64,000 nucleotides of DNA from Candidatus Thorarchaeota archaeon (GCA_048884965.1 JBHLQH010000008.1:64197-128196); one strand, 5' to 3'; shown: positions 19,124-30,299, counted from the stretch's first letter. Notes: generated by a model not told the origin, from the letters alone. A program made the numbers and translations.

Positions 19124-21313
19124 TTGGTCGAAGTAATACTAAAAGTCGCCGAAGCCGAGCATCGTGATATTGGAAGATTCATCGTACGTATCGATGCGGT
19201 GTCGATGGAGAAGTTGGGTGTAAGAACTGGCGATATCATTCAAATTAAAGGAAAAAGACTGACAGCCGCAATTGCGTGGCCTGCCTATCAGGGAGATAAG
19301 GGACGTGAGATCATCCGAATGGATGGACGCATTCGACGAAATGCGGGAGTGAGTTTAGGGGAGAAAGTGACTGTCACGAGAGCGAACGAGGAGCCAGCGA
19401 GGAATGTTACATTAGCTCCAACATCTGTACCAATTCGACCAGAACCGAGATTTGAGGAGTTTGTGAAGAGGAAACTACTCAATTGTCCTGTTACAGTTCA
19501 AGATACCGTGTTCATCCCTATTCTAGGAAGAGCTATTCCATTCAAAGTAACATTGGTAAAGCCAACTGGCACTGTGGTCGTCCAGCACTCGACAATCCTC
19601 ACAATCGCTGAGAAACCAACTGGCGAAATTGTGGGCACTTCAAGGGTTACCTATGAGGAGATTGGAGGTCTCTCTGAGCCAATACAGAGGATTAGAGAGA
19701 TGGTAGAGCTTCCTATGCGTCATCCTGAGATATTCAACCGGTTGGGTATTGATCCTCCAAGAGGGCTTATCCTACATGGACCTCCTGGAACAGGTAAGAC
19801 ACTTCTAGCAAAAGCAGTAGCTACAGAATCTGAGGCGAATTTCATTCACATCAATGGTCCGGAAATCATGTCCAAGTTCTATGGAGAGTCAGAACAGAAA
19901 CTGAGGAAGATTTTCGAGGATGCTGAAGAGAATGCTCCAAGTATCATATTCATTGATGAGCTTGATGCGATTGCTCCAAAAAGAGAGGATGTTCAGGGAG
20001 AGGTCGAACGACGTGTTGTAGCACAGCTTCTGGCAACCATGGACGGACTGAAGTCAAGAGGACAGGTTGTCGTAATTGGAGCTACAAATCGAGTGAATGC
20101 ACTAGATCCTGCTCTTCGGCGACCAGGTAGATTTGATAGAGAACTTGAGATAGGCGTACCAGATGAAACTGGACGACTAGAAGTGTTACATATCCATTCC
20201 AGAGGAATGCCGCTCACTACTGAGGGCGACAACAATGTGGTAGATCTGCAGCATCTAGCAAAGGTCACTCATGGTTTCGTAGGCGCAGACCTTAACGCAC
20301 TTTGCAGAGAAGCAGCTATGAAAGCTCTTCGAAGGTACCTACCTCATATCAACCTAGAGGAGGAAGAGATACCTCAGGATGTCTTAGAGCAGCTAGAGGT
20401 TAACTCGGAAGACTTCATGGGCGCTTTACGTGAGATTCAGCCTTCAGCTGTGAGAGAGGTGTTCCTAGAGATACCCAATGTGAAATGGTCAGATGTAGGA
20501 GGCCTCGATGAGGCAAAGCAGGAGCTAATCGAAGTCGTTGAGTGGCCTCTAAAACAGCCTGAGAAGTTCGTCAAGATTGGGATTGAACCTCCAAAGGGAG
20601 TTCTAATCTGGGGTCCACCCGGTTGTGGAAAGACCCTCTTGGCAAAGGCTGTAGCTACGGAAAGCGAAGCGAACTTCATTAGCGTAAAAGGACCTGAGCT
20701 CCTATCCAAATGGGTAGGTGAGAGCGAGAAAGCTGTCCGAGAGGTATTCCGTAAGGCTCGAACTGCAGCTCCAGCAATCATCTTCTTTGATGAGATCGAT
20801 GCGATTGCTCCAACTAGAGGTAGAGGCTCTGGAGACAGCAATGTCACAGAAAGAGTCGTAAGTCAATTGCTTACAGAAATGGATGGACTCGAGTCAATGA
20901 AGGATATCATTGTCCTGGCTGCAACCAACAGACCTGAGCTTGTAGACCCAGCACTACTGAGAACCGGAAGATTCGACATTCGTGTGTTTATAAAAGAGCC
21001 AACTGCAAAGGGAAGAAGCAAGATATTTGAAATCTATACCAAGCAGATGAATCTGGATAATGATATTGATTTCAATCGACTCGTTGCAGAAACAGAGCTC
21101 TATGTTGGCAGTGACATCAAAGAGCTTTGCAGACAGGCAGGAATGATGGCTATGCGAGAAGATGTGGAAACAGTATCATGGCGTCACTTTGAAGCAGCCC
21201 TGAAGAAGGTCCCAGCATCGATAAACGCGGATGATATAGAACGGTTTAAGAAGATTAACGAGCAGTTCCGTAGATCAGCAGCTGTACAACCTACTCATTC
21301 AATGTATGGATAG
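19124..21313 (+). CDS. cdc48: CDC48/VCP AAA+ ATPase
   Basis: N domain, two Walker A motifs ([16 protein letters not shown]), C-terminal HbYX (MYG); start refined to TTG 19124 after GGAGG. Confidence 0.96.
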   Translation: MVEVILKVAEAEHRDIGRFIVRIDAVSMEKLGVRTGDIIQIKGKRLTAAIAWPAYQGDKGREIIRMDGRIRRNAGVSLGEKVTVTRANEEPARNVTLAPTSVPIRPEPRFEEFVKRKLLNCPVTVQDTVFIPILGRAIPFKVTLVKPTGTVVVQHSTILTIAEKPTGEIVGTSRVTYEEIGGLSEPIQRIREMVELPMRHPEIFNRLGIDPPRGLILHGPPGTGKTLLAKAVATESEANFIHINGPEIMSKFYGESEQKLRKIFEDAEENAPSIIFIDELDAIAPKREDVQGEVERRVVAQLLATMDGLKSRGQVVVIGATNRVNALDPALRRPGRFDRELEIGVPDETGRLEVLHIHSRGMPLTTEGDNNVVDLQHLAKVTHGFVGADLNALCREAAMKALRRYLPHINLEEEEIPQDVLEQLEVNSEDFMGALREIQPSAVREVFLEIPNVKWSDVGGLDEAKQELIEVVEWPLKQPEKFVKIGIEPPKGVLIWGPPGCGKTLLAKAVATESEANFISVKGPELLSKWVGESEKAVREVFRKARTAAPAIIFFDEIDAIAPTRGRGSGDSNVTERVVSQLLTEMDGLESMKDIIVLAATNRPELVDPALLRTGRFDIRVFIKEPTAKGRSKIFEIYTKQMNLDNDIDFNRLVAETELYVGSDIKELCRQAGMMAMREDVETVSWRHFEAALKKVPASINADDIERFKKINEQFRRSAAVQPTHSMYG

Positions 21314-21322
21314 TGAAGATAC

Positions 21323-21583
21323 TTGGCACCATGGCATCCTATACCACTTAGAAATATGATTCTGAATATCCTTCAGAAGAGAAGAGGGATTATTCTTGAT
21401 GACGAGCTCCTCAGGGCTCTCAAGAAGGAGATTGGTACGGAACCCAGCGAGGCTGAGCTGAACTCAGCTCTGCTAAAGCTGGAAATCAATGGACTAGTTC
21501 ATGTTAGCCAGATTACAAAGACAAAGCGCAGAATCGAAGTCATCACAGAAGGTCATGAATTCCTTCATGTGGATGAAGACTAA
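21323..21583 (+). CDS. small winged-helix-like conserved hypothetical protein
   Basis: 86 aa, helix-turn-helix/wing pattern (ELNSALLKLEINGLVHVS); co-oriented with cdc48. Confidence 0.6.
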   Translation: MAPWHPIPLRNMILNILQKRRGIILDDELLRALKKEIGTEPSEAELNSALLKLEINGLVHVSQITKTKRRIEVITEGHEFLHVDED

Positions 21584-21591
21584 GGTTTCAG

Positions 21592-22068
21592 ATGGAGGCA
21601 ATGACCGTGGCGGGGAAGAGAGTACTTGCTGCGGGCAAGTTCGATATACTACACCTGGGACACCTAGCCTACCTTGAGCAATCAAAGGAACTAGCAGGTC
21701 CAGATGGGGAATTAGTCGTTGTGATCGCAAGAGATGATACCATTGAGCGAGAACGCGGTGCGCCTCCGGTCTTTCCTCAAGAGCAGCGACGACGAATAGT
21801 CGAAGCGCTCAATTCGGTCGACAAGGCAATAATTGGCTATGATACAGCAGACCATACACAGATTGTCAAGGATGTTGCGCCAGACATCATCGCTCTTGGG
21901 TATGATCAATACACGGACATCGACGCGCTTGAGAGGGTATTCAAAGATATGGGATTAACTACTAAGATAGTAAGACTTGAGAAGCGAGAAGCGGATGGCC
22001 TCTGCTCCTCTACGCTCATTCGAAGTAGAATCATCCAATTCTATAGAGAGAATGGACGTCCGCAATGA
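21592..22068 (+). CDS. ribL: FAD synthase (cytidylyltransferase family)
   Basis: GKFDILHLGH, VVVIARD, PDIIALGYDQ, SST.IR. Confidence 0.85.
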   Translation: MEAMTVAGKRVLAAGKFDILHLGHLAYLEQSKELAGPDGELVVVIARDDTIERERGAPPVFPQEQRRRIVEALNSVDKAIIGYDTADHTQIVKDVAPDIIALGYDQYTDIDALERVFKDMGLTTKIVRLEKREADGLCSSTLIRSRIIQFYRENGRPQ

Positions 22069-22070
22069 CC

Positions 22071-23429
22071 TCAGATTACAAGCTCACCACGTGCTTCCGC
22101 ATCATGTCGAATCTTTGCCTGTACTTCTCTCCTATTGAAAGTCCATCTCCAAATGATGAAGACAATGACAACTGCTGCAGCTAGTACGGCGAGATATCCA
22201 TAGGTCCAAAGACCCATTGGAAAATGTGACAATAAGTCAGGAAGAGGTCCTTCCCAGAAGTAAGGGAAGTTAATGATGACGCCGAAGGCATACAATAGTC
22301 CAATAATGGTCATGAGCTTTAGATAAGCAATAGCTTGTCGATCATCATCAAACAGGAATATCAACGCTCCAAACCAGAAAAGATACCATGGCATAACCCA
22401 TCGAAATATGAATAATGAGCATGGAACTGCATACAGATACAGCGGTTGTAGAAGTTTTATCTTCCCCCACCAAGATGCTTTCATGAAGTCTTCCTTGTTT
22501 GGCAAGAATTGGTGAATAGTAATCAAGATAAATCCAACAACTATCACAAGTGGGATGAGTGCGGGGTACCAGGAATAGGTTCCACCTAGTGGATTCCAAA
22601 TATCCGGTGTTTCCCAAGATAATCCGGGATAGATGGGATTGACTATGAAGGAGCTATAGGATGAGCTATTTAGAAAGTGAGATAGAAGAGAATCATAGCC
22701 TTGTCCTGCAGCTGCTAGAGGGACGATTGTAATCATAATAGATGCAAAGAACCAAATTAGAGATACTGGAGATGATAGGAATAACACAGGAAGAGCTACC
22801 AGTGAATAAATCTTGGTTTGAAATGAGAGACCAAGTGTGAACATTGCCTTGTTATTCTGACCTTCGCTTCTCAAAACAAGCGCCATCAGAAGCAGACAAT
22901 CAGTAAGTGGTTCGAGTTTGCCTCCTCCTGCTGATAGAATGAGTCCATACATGAAATATCCAGCAAAGAAGAGTCGTGCCCATTGTACCTTGTAGATTTT
23001 GTCCTTGAGAAGTATAGCCATTAGTACTAGATTGAGGTTGAACACTAAAGCAAGAAGGAAATTCAGCCACATATGTTGAAACTCGCTGACTCCTGGAAAC
23101 AGAAATGTCGCTATTGCGAAGAATATCAATCCAAATACGGGATACTCGTATGTGATATTTCCAAGATAGTCAGGTAACACATGGTTGCCGTCCTGAAAGT
23201 GCTCACCCATTGCTTCAGCTACTTCCAGATCAGTCATGTTATACACGGCAAACCCATAGATCCAGAAGGCCTCACCATACATCTCATTTCGATTGCGGTC
23301 TCTTTGCACGACTAGTGTGTCAGCTATCGGGATGGCAATCATCGAGATGACAAGACTGAGCACAAGATACTTTCTCAGTTCGTAGATCTTGAAAGAAATT
23401 GCATTTAGCATGATGAGACCGCCATTCAA
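22071..23429 (-). CDS. GT-C fold integral membrane glycosyltransferase (GT87/PIG-M-like)
   Basis: YEYP in first loop, GKLE, TKIY, PWY.xW motifs; ~11 TM segments. Confidence 0.65.
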   Translation of the reverse strand: MNGGLIMLNAISFKIYELRKYLVLSLVISMIAIPIADTLVVQRDRNRNEMYGEAFWIYGFAVYNMTDLEVAEAMGEHFQDGNHVLPDYLGNITYEYPVFGLIFFAIATFLFPGVSEFQHMWLNFLLALVFNLNLVLMAILLKDKIYKVQWARLFFAGYFMYGLILSAGGGKLEPLTDCLLLMALVLRSEGQNNKAMFTLGLSFQTKIYSLVALPVLFLSSPVSLIWFFASIMITIVPLAAAGQGYDSLLSHFLNSSSYSSFIVNPIYPGLSWETPDIWNPLGGTYSWYPALIPLVIVVGFILITIHQFLPNKEDFMKASWWGKIKLLQPLYLYAVPCSLFIFRWVMPWYLFWFGALIFLFDDDRQAIAYLKLMTIIGLLYAFGVIINFPYFWEGPLPDLLSHFPMGLWTYGYLAVLAAAVVIVFIIWRWTFNRREVQAKIRHDAEARGELVI

Positions 23430-23529
23430 GCTTTGCAGGGTTCGTTGTCAATGACAAGTCATGCATAGTTAACTCTTTTGACTGATAGATACACTTTGCA
23501 CGCTTCTTATCTAATCTTGTGATACGCTG

Positions 23530-25530
23530 TTACGAAAGATAGGTTGGGCAAGGCCAGCTATCACATTTCAAGCAATTCGTACACTTCTTCTCATCAACAG
23601 TGACCTTTCCATCTTTCAATTCGAGGGCGTCTTGTTCACATTGTGGGATACATGACCCACAAGCCTGGCAGAACATGGCTCTTGTAACAGCACGTTCAAT
23701 CTTGCTTGCAAGTCGTTCGATACGACGCTCGTCCTCGCCACGAATTACAATAGAGCCCGAACTGAAGACCGATATGGAACAATCACCTGCATTCACTCTA
23801 AGAGCCCCAAGTTCCTCAGAGATTCGAGTAGGTCCAAATATCCTCAACACGGAACCAATACGTTCGAGGTCCACTCCTCCTGAGAATTGCCCTTCAAGAC
23901 TGAATCCTGCAGAGGTGCATGGAGAAACCCCCTTGACTATCTCAAGCTTCATGCGTTCGGTAGGGGCAGGTCGCTCAGCAGATATTTCAAGACCCATCTC
24001 ATCTACGAGTTTCATTTGGCCTGGAGGTAGGTTCTTCCACCGCCAAAATCCGCAGGTTATCCATTCTGGAGGGTATCCCAGCTTTTGCGCCCATTCTTCA
24101 AGTTTTGTGACCCATCGTTCATGTAGTTCAGGATGTGTTTCTCTTAGACTCTCAAGCTCAGCAAGAGGAGATGCTGGACAGAGATAGCACCCCATTCGGT
24201 GATAACCACGGTTGTACAATTCGTTGAAGGGGGCTTTCTCCTTGAAGATATACAGCCAGACTTCAAGGGCGTTCCAATTCTGAATGGGATTCGCTGAGAT
24301 CTGACCAGGGACCCACGGATTGGATGATACCCGAGATTCAATAGAGCGTGTAAAAGACTCCAGCTTTCTCTGACCCATGAACGATAGGCTCTGGCCTCCA
24401 AGCTCATCAGATATTGAAGTGGCCGCAGGGCCGAGTTTCAGGACCTTGCAGCACCATCTAAAGTCTCTAGCAGGAGGACCGAATGCATCCACGGAATCCC
24501 AGAATTGGTCACCTGCATCATCGCCTATCACTTTCACGCCCTTTGCTCTAGCGAAATCATTGACATATTGAAGGGTCTCAGGAAGTTCAAGACCTGTATT
24601 CAAGAAGAACAGAGGAGGACTGGGGTCGACGACCTTGTCAACGACCAAGTAGGTTGCAAGAGAGTCCTTTCCTCCACTGAAGCCAACGACCACAGGAACT
24701 CCTTCATTCCTCTCGATGGTACGGTGGATGAAGGATGTCGCTTCCTTCTCGATCTCTATCAAGTCAGATTCATTCGCTCGGACTGCTAGGTCCCAATCTG
24801 CTGAATGGGGACTAGTCCTGGATGGATTAGGATCAGCGACCTCACGAATCTTCACGGCGTGACCTTTTTCAGATTTTGCCATGTCTTCACCGGACATCCG
24901 TGCTGTACCGACAGCAATGACAGATCCATTGCTATCAATAACCCATACCTCATCACCTTCTACGATTCCAGAGTCGCAGCCTAGTACTCCAGGCACCAGA
25001 AGGTTCGCTCCATCCTTGAGATATTTCAAGACACCATCATGGCATGAAACCCACTTCTCTTTGCTCACTTCGCCAATCCTACGTCCACCTTCTAGGGAGG
25101 GCATGAAATTGTACCCTTGGTCCCTTATCTCGAACCTGAGGCGACCAATGAGATGACCATCCACAATCACCTCGAACATTGCATCCAAGGAAGGAACCTT
25201 GTTGATGATGACCACCTTGTTATGTGGTAGGACGTGTGTGCCAACTCCTGCGCCATATTGGTTGTCGATGGCACCGCCAATCTTTGCAACATGCCCCTCC
25301 ATTGCAGGATAAGGGTCACCGGGTGGAGATAGCTTGACCTCTCTTGCGATGGTACCACATTTCGAGCAGGCTGTTTCAGCGATACGAGGGACATTGCATG
25401 TGTCGCACCAGTAGAATCTGATTTTGGTCAGATATGGGGCGTGGCCTCTACGAAACTTTTGTCGTCCTTTTTTTCGTGCCAGATGAATCAGACTCCGTAA
25501 ATACGATAGGATTTGGCAATGACTTATCAA
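23530..25530 (-). CDS. PAPS-reductase-family protein with Zn ribbon, PUA and C-terminal Fe-S domain
   Basis: WCDTCNVP..CSKCG, PUA DGANLLVPG, PP-loop FSGGKDS, RWCCKVLK, RMGCYLCP, CxxCxxCxxxC. Start uncertain. Confidence 0.88.
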   Translation of the reverse strand: MISHCQILSYLRSLIHLARKKGRQKFRRGHAPYLTKIRFYWCDTCNVPRIAETACSKCGTIAREVKLSPPGDPYPAMEGHVAKIGGAIDNQYGAGVGTHVLPHNKVVIINKVPSLDAMFEVIVDGHLIGRLRFEIRDQGYNFMPSLEGGRRIGEVSKEKWVSCHDGVLKYLKDGANLLVPGVLGCDSGIVEGDEVWVIDSNGSVIAVGTARMSGEDMAKSEKGHAVKIREVADPNPSRTSPHSADWDLAVRANESDLIEIEKEATSFIHRTIERNEGVPVVVGFSGGKDSLATYLVVDKVVDPSPPLFFLNTGLELPETLQYVNDFARAKGVKVIGDDAGDQFWDSVDAFGPPARDFRWCCKVLKLGPAATSISDELGGQSLSFMGQRKLESFTRSIESRVSSNPWVPGQISANPIQNWNALEVWLYIFKEKAPFNELYNRGYHRMGCYLCPASPLAELESLRETHPELHERWVTKLEEWAQKLGYPPEWITCGFWRWKNLPPGQMKLVDEMGLEISAERPAPTERMKLEIVKGVSPCTSAGFSLEGQFSGGVDLERIGSVLRIFGPTRISEELGALRVNAGDCSISVFSSGSIVIRGEDERRIERLASKIERAVTRAMFCQACGSCIPQCEQDALELKDGKVTVDEKKCTNCLKCDSWPCPTYLS

Positions 25531-25543
25531 TAATGACTTATCG

Positions 25544-27340
25544 CTATGTACTCAGCCCAAGTCTTTGCATCGTAGCTGGAGTAGGTTGTCCCTTATCATC
25601 CCAGCCGCGCAGCTTGTAATATTCGCCTAGCATCTCATTACTGTGAGAAACTCGATTGCGAGTGTTGCCTTCGGGTAGCGGTTCAGAGAAGCGTGGCGGT
25701 AGCTTGTCATCTTCAGTCGTAAAGCCCTCTCGGTTGTTGAACATCCGTTCAAGATTGTAGATACGTTCCCCAATCTTGAGGAGGTCTCTGCCTGAGATCT
25801 CTAGCCCTGTTCCAGCTGAAAGCATCTCAGCATAGTCATCCACTGTCCATGCGAAGTTAGTGAAACGGCAGACAATCATAGAGTCCATGGCAGCAGAGAG
25901 ATTCTGGAAGAGAATCACTAAATCAGCCTTACCTTCGGTCTTATCACGGTCAACCAGTACTGGACTTCCTAGAATCTCGGGGCCAATCAGATATGAACGC
26001 AAATGACAGCCACCTCGATTTGAAGTAGCATATCCGAGTCCGTGCCCTTGGACTCCGCGGGGGTCATAGGCGGGAATCTCGAGACCCTTTACCTGCATCG
26101 CTAGCTCTGGTAGTCCATATTTCTTCGCAAGTCGTAGAGAACCTTCTGATAGATCATCTCCAAGTCCTCGGCGATGAGCGATGTCCTCGATCATCTCAAG
26201 TAAGCCCATCTTATCACCGAATGCTAAGGACGCTTGCAGCTTTCCCCTTTGTACCAATTCCATTGCGCAACCAATGGTACTGCCAACGGATATCGTGTCT
26301 ATTCCCATTAGGTTGCATCTGTGATTCGCTTCTGTGATCCATTCGAGGTCATTGATGCCGCATTGAGGTCCTAGTGCCCAAATCGACTCGTATTCAGGAC
26401 CTCCGACCTCTTTACCATAGACGCGGCTGACTCGTCCACATCCAATTGGACAGCCATAGCAGTTGTAGGTCCGAACAGACAATCGCTCCAGCAATTTCTC
26501 ACCAGATACTCCTTCAGCATCGTTGAAGGTCCCTTCTTGGAAATTGTTAGTTGGAAGCATTCCATACTCATTGATTACATTCACTAGGACAGCAGTGCCA
26601 TAGACTGGAAGGGATTTGTCAGTCACACCGTTCTTCTTGATCAAACGTCTCGCTCGTGTCACAGCATCTTTCAATCGGTCCTTATCACTTACTTCAACAG
26701 ACTTTGTGCCCTTCACAACAACTGCTTTGAGGTGCTTGGAACCCATGACTGCACCAACACCTCCTCTACCTGCCGCCCTATGCTTGTCATTGATAATCGC
26801 AGCCATTTTGACAAGATTCTCTCCAGCAGGTCCAATACACGCGACCTGTGCCTTCTCATCAGTTAGCTCAAGTAGTCTATCAGTGGTCTTCTCAGTATCC
26901 TTTCCCCAGACCTCCTTCGCATCACGTATCTCTATGTCATCATCATGTATCCAGAGATAGACAGGGGTTTCTGACCTGCCTTCAAACACGATCGCTGCGT
27001 ATCCTGCCCTTCGTAGTTGAGGGCCAAAATAGCCTCCGCAATTCGAATCGAAGATAGTCCCTGTCTGTGGGGACTTAGTGATCACCTCGAACCGTCCAGC
27101 TGTGGGAACCGTCGTGGCGGTGCTTGGTCCAACTGCGAACACAAGCAAGTTCTCTGGTGATAGAGGATCGGTCCCAGGCTTGAGTGCATCATAAAGCAGC
27201 TTGACGCCCAATCCTCTTCCACCAAGATACTGCCTGTATAGGTCATCAGGTATCGGTTCAGTTCGAAAAGTCCTATCACTTAGAGAAACGTAAAGGATCG
27301 TGGCATCTGTATATGATTGAGTAGAGTCTTGTTCTCCCAT
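25544..27340 (-). CDS. aor: tungsten aldehyde:ferredoxin oxidoreductase
   Basis: YLGGRGLG, AGRGGVGAVMGSK.LKA, CYGCPIGC, GPEYES, RGGCH, EYY.LRGWD. Confidence 0.93.
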   Translation of the reverse strand: MGEQDSTQSYTDATILYVSLSDRTFRTEPIPDDLYRQYLGGRGLGVKLLYDALKPGTDPLSPENLLVFAVGPSTATTVPTAGRFEVITKSPQTGTIFDSNCGGYFGPQLRRAGYAAIVFEGRSETPVYLWIHDDDIEIRDAKEVWGKDTEKTTDRLLELTDEKAQVACIGPAGENLVKMAAIINDKHRAAGRGGVGAVMGSKHLKAVVVKGTKSVEVSDKDRLKDAVTRARRLIKKNGVTDKSLPVYGTAVLVNVINEYGMLPTNNFQEGTFNDAEGVSGEKLLERLSVRTYNCYGCPIGCGRVSRVYGKEVGGPEYESIWALGPQCGINDLEWITEANHRCNLMGIDTISVGSTIGCAMELVQRGKLQASLAFGDKMGLLEMIEDIAHRRGLGDDLSEGSLRLAKKYGLPELAMQVKGLEIPAYDPRGVQGHGLGYATSNRGGCHLRSYLIGPEILGSPVLVDRDKTEGKADLVILFQNLSAAMDSMIVCRFTNFAWTVDDYAEMLSAGTGLEISGRDLLKIGERIYNLERMFNNREGFTTEDDKLPPRFSEPLPEGNTRNRVSHSNEMLGEYYKLRGWDDKGQPTPATMQRLGLST

Positions 27341-27352
27341 TAGCAATACCTC

Positions 27353-28174
27353 CTAGTCATTGAATATGTTCTGATCACCATGTTCGCATGTTACACATCG
27401 TTGTTTGTACCACAAGTAGACTTCCTTTGGTTGCTTTGCAATACTTGCTTGTCTACTGGGACATGTCCAGCATGGCTTATCCTCAACCATCCAAGAATCA
27501 CTGTATTGTGCCCAGCGGAAGTCCTCAACGATAGCGATTCCTGCGCTTGCTCCAATCCTGTTGGCACCCGCCTGAATGACACGCCAAGCATCCTTGAAGG
27601 TGCTTATTCCACCAGCTGCCTTGACACCCATCTCGTCCCCCACTGTTTCTCGCATCAAACGGACATCATGGGGCGTTGCACCCATGGGGCCAAAGCCTGT
27701 CGAGGTCTTCACAAAATGTGCTCCTGCGTCCTTGCAGATTAGACAAGCCTGAACCTTTTGCTCATCGGTCAATAGTCCAGTCTCAAGTATGACCTTTACA
27801 TGTGCATCTCCTGCAGCCGCGACCACTGCTTCAATATCGCTCTTGACGAAATCGGTATTCCCATCTCGTAGAGCTCCTACATTCATGACCATATCGATCT
27901 CATGGGCTCCGTTTGCTACAGCTTCCTTGGTCTCGAAGGCCTTTGAAGCTGAGGTCATCGCGCCAAGGGGGAATCCGACAACGCTGCAAATCTTTACATC
28001 CGAGTCCTTGAGAAGTTCTGCCGCATATGCGACATGTACTGAGTTTATGCAGATGGCAATGAATCCGTATTCTATTGCCTCTTCACAGATCTCCTTGACC
28101 TTACTACGCTTCGTATCTGCCTTTAGCACTGTATGGTCAATCATTTTCGCAAGCTTCTCTATAGTGAGGTCCAT
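27353..28174 (-). CDS. deoC: deoxyribose-phosphate aldolase with C-terminal CxxC-x22-CxxC extension
   Basis: IDHT.LK, VGFPLG, EIDMV, KVILET, FVKTSTGF, VKAAGGI, RIGAS. Confidence 0.95.
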   Translation of the reverse strand: MDLTIEKLAKMIDHTVLKADTKRSKVKEICEEAIEYGFIAICINSVHVAYAAELLKDSDVKICSVVGFPLGAMTSASKAFETKEAVANGAHEIDMVMNVGALRDGNTDFVKSDIEAVVAAAGDAHVKVILETGLLTDEQKVQACLICKDAGAHFVKTSTGFGPMGATPHDVRLMRETVGDEMGVKAAGGISTFKDAWRVIQAGANRIGASAGIAIVEDFRWAQYSDSWMVEDKPCWTCPSRQASIAKQPKEVYLWYKQRCVTCEHGDQNIFND

Positions 28175-28287
28175 AAGAGCAACTCCAAAGATTTCGGTAA
28201 TTCTATGATGCTATTAACATCTTCGTATGAGGGTAGGAAATCTATCTCAATCATACTGAAACCTTCAAAACGGGTTGGAGGGTTTGA

Positions 28288-29865
28288 TTGTTCTCCCATA
28301 CAGGAATGGTGCTTCAAGTGTTCAGGGAACGAGCTTCTTGGGTCTTTTTGGCAATTCTTATTGTGTCACCTAGCTATTGGACAGTTCCAACAAGTAGCCT
28401 GGAATACACACTATACAATGAAAGTGCCTTACTTCAGACAGGAATCATCAGGGGGCCAACGGTCAATCTCGTCACTAACCATTCCGCAATGATATTCTGG
28501 AGAACAACGGAGTCTACCGATGCTTCTGTCAAGTATGGACTCAATGAGAGTCTCCTAGAGCAGATCGATAATTCAACGCTCGATACGGACCATAGAGTGA
28601 TGCTTGAGAACCTGAAGATGGACTCGATATACCACTATCAAGTTGTATCAGCAGGAATTTCTAGTCCGGTCTATGACTTTAAGACAGCACCTGCTGACGG
28701 AGACCCATTCAAGCTTATCGTAATTGGAGATAATCGACCAGGGATGAGTACCAGGCAGCCATGGGTCTTTGGTCAGCTCGCGCAGCTAATAGCAGAAGAA
28801 CGTCCTCATCTTGTCGTCTTCACGGGAGATTATGTGTGGGAAGTACAAGAGGATGATGCGTACAATGACGAAGCATGGACTGCTTTCACAGATATCTCAG
28901 ATTCAATTGGTCACTACGCTCCACTCTATGGGGTAGTTGGCAATCATGATGATGGTCAACAGGTGGCAGGTGTTCGTAGGTTGGAGTACTTCCTTGATGC
29001 CTTTGAGCTGCCTGATGAACCGTCCTCCTACTACTCTTTTGACTATGCGGGAGTGCATTTCTCATGCCTGGATACCGAAGAATGGGGACTTTGGAGTAGG
29101 ATCACAGGTGAACAATATGATTGGCTTGTGGATGACTTGGCCTCTACACCGAATACGATGAAATTCGTGTTTGCACATCAACCCCTCTATCCTGTATCCC
29201 ATATCAATAGCGCACTTGATATGATTAAGGGAGAAAGAGATAGGCTCCAAGACCTCTTCGAGGCTGAGAATGTCACAGCATTCTTTGCAGGTCATGATCA
29301 CTGTTTCAATCGAATGACCGTGAATGGAGTCGTGCACCTCATCGTTGGTGGTGGCGGAGCCAGACTGTATGACAATCCTTGGGGCGGCGCTTACAATCAC
29401 TATTTGCGAGCGGACATCAATGCGTTTGGAATAGACTTTGTGACGATAAACAGATTCGCTGAACCTGTCGATAACTATGAGATACCATTCAGCGATGAAA
29501 TCGAGATAGAGATTCGCCCCTTTGGTAACGAAAGTAGGAAACCAAGAGGAACCCTTCCCGAGTTCTACTTCAGTCGTACTCCAAGCAATGCTTTATTCTC
29601 TTGGGATTCCACGCCAAACACGACAGTGGTAAGCGGCTTCCCGGAAACCCCTGGACGTCACAGTCTGGATGTGTATGCAGAGAATGATGATAATGTGTGG
29701 AGCCACAAAAGATACCTCTTCAATACATCCGTTCCAGTAAATCTGACACAACCTACCACAACAAATGATACATCGTTACCTGTTTCCTATTTGGCAGTAG
29801 GGATAGTTGTCGGGGGAATCGGAATAGGTGTAGTGGTGGTACTCTTTCGCAAGCGGCTATCGTGA
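28288..29865 (+). CDS. membrane-anchored purple-acid-phosphatase-like metallophosphoesterase with FN3 domain
   Basis: GDNR, GD, GNHD, H, GHDH motifs; N-terminal hydrophobic segment, C-terminal TM + basic tail. Start uncertain. Confidence 0.85.
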   Translation: MFSHTGMVLQVFRERASWVFLAILIVSPSYWTVPTSSLEYTLYNESALLQTGIIRGPTVNLVTNHSAMIFWRTTESTDASVKYGLNESLLEQIDNSTLDTDHRVMLENLKMDSIYHYQVVSAGISSPVYDFKTAPADGDPFKLIVIGDNRPGMSTRQPWVFGQLAQLIAEERPHLVVFTGDYVWEVQEDDAYNDEAWTAFTDISDSIGHYAPLYGVVGNHDDGQQVAGVRRLEYFLDAFELPDEPSSYYSFDYAGVHFSCLDTEEWGLWSRITGEQYDWLVDDLASTPNTMKFVFAHQPLYPVSHINSALDMIKGERDRLQDLFEAENVTAFFAGHDHCFNRMTVNGVVHLIVGGGGARLYDNPWGGAYNHYLRADINAFGIDFVTINRFAEPVDNYEIPFSDEIEIEIRPFGNESRKPRGTLPEFYFSRTPSNALFSWDSTPNTTVVSGFPETPGRHSLDVYAENDDNVWSHKRYLFNTSVPVNLTQPTTTNDTSLPVSYLAVGIVVGGIGIGVVVVLFRKRLS

Positions 29866-29868
29866 GAG

Positions 29869-30204
29869 TTACCGTCCACCGAGATAGCTTCGGATATCGT
29901 CAAGGACTTCCTTCTGAAGCCTGATGACATCGTGCACCTCAATCTCTTCTGCGTCACTAACGACAGAGTTCAGCTGGACTACAGTTCCAACAGTATCGAC
30001 CTTGCTAAAGTCCACAGGAAACTCTACCTCAGCTCCTTTCACGATGAGCTCGGAGCGGGTTGGATGGAGCGCGATCCTAATGCTTCTGACGATGCCGATC
30101 CTGCGCGCCCTGCTATCAAGGACCTCTTTACCAAGTATTCTACCTGGCATACTTAGCTCATAGAGTTCAGCTTCAATGGTTGGCATGTCGTCTTTGTTGG
30201 CCAT
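29869..30204 (-). CDS. PRC-barrel domain protein
   Basis: ILGKEVLDS.ARRIGIV..I..V..VG.VVQL. Confidence 0.7.
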   Translation of the reverse strand: MANKDDMPTIEAELYELSMPGRILGKEVLDSRARRIGIVRSIRIALHPTRSELIVKGAEVEFPVDFSKVDTVGTVVQLNSVVSDAEEIEVHDVIRLQKEVLDDIRSYLGGR

Positions 30205-30299
30205 GTGTAACAGCTCCAGTCTTGGCAGTATGTAGGAGCCTTTTTACAGTGTGTAATACCACATAATGGTAAGGAAATGCATCTCAGAGTGAGGAAAAC

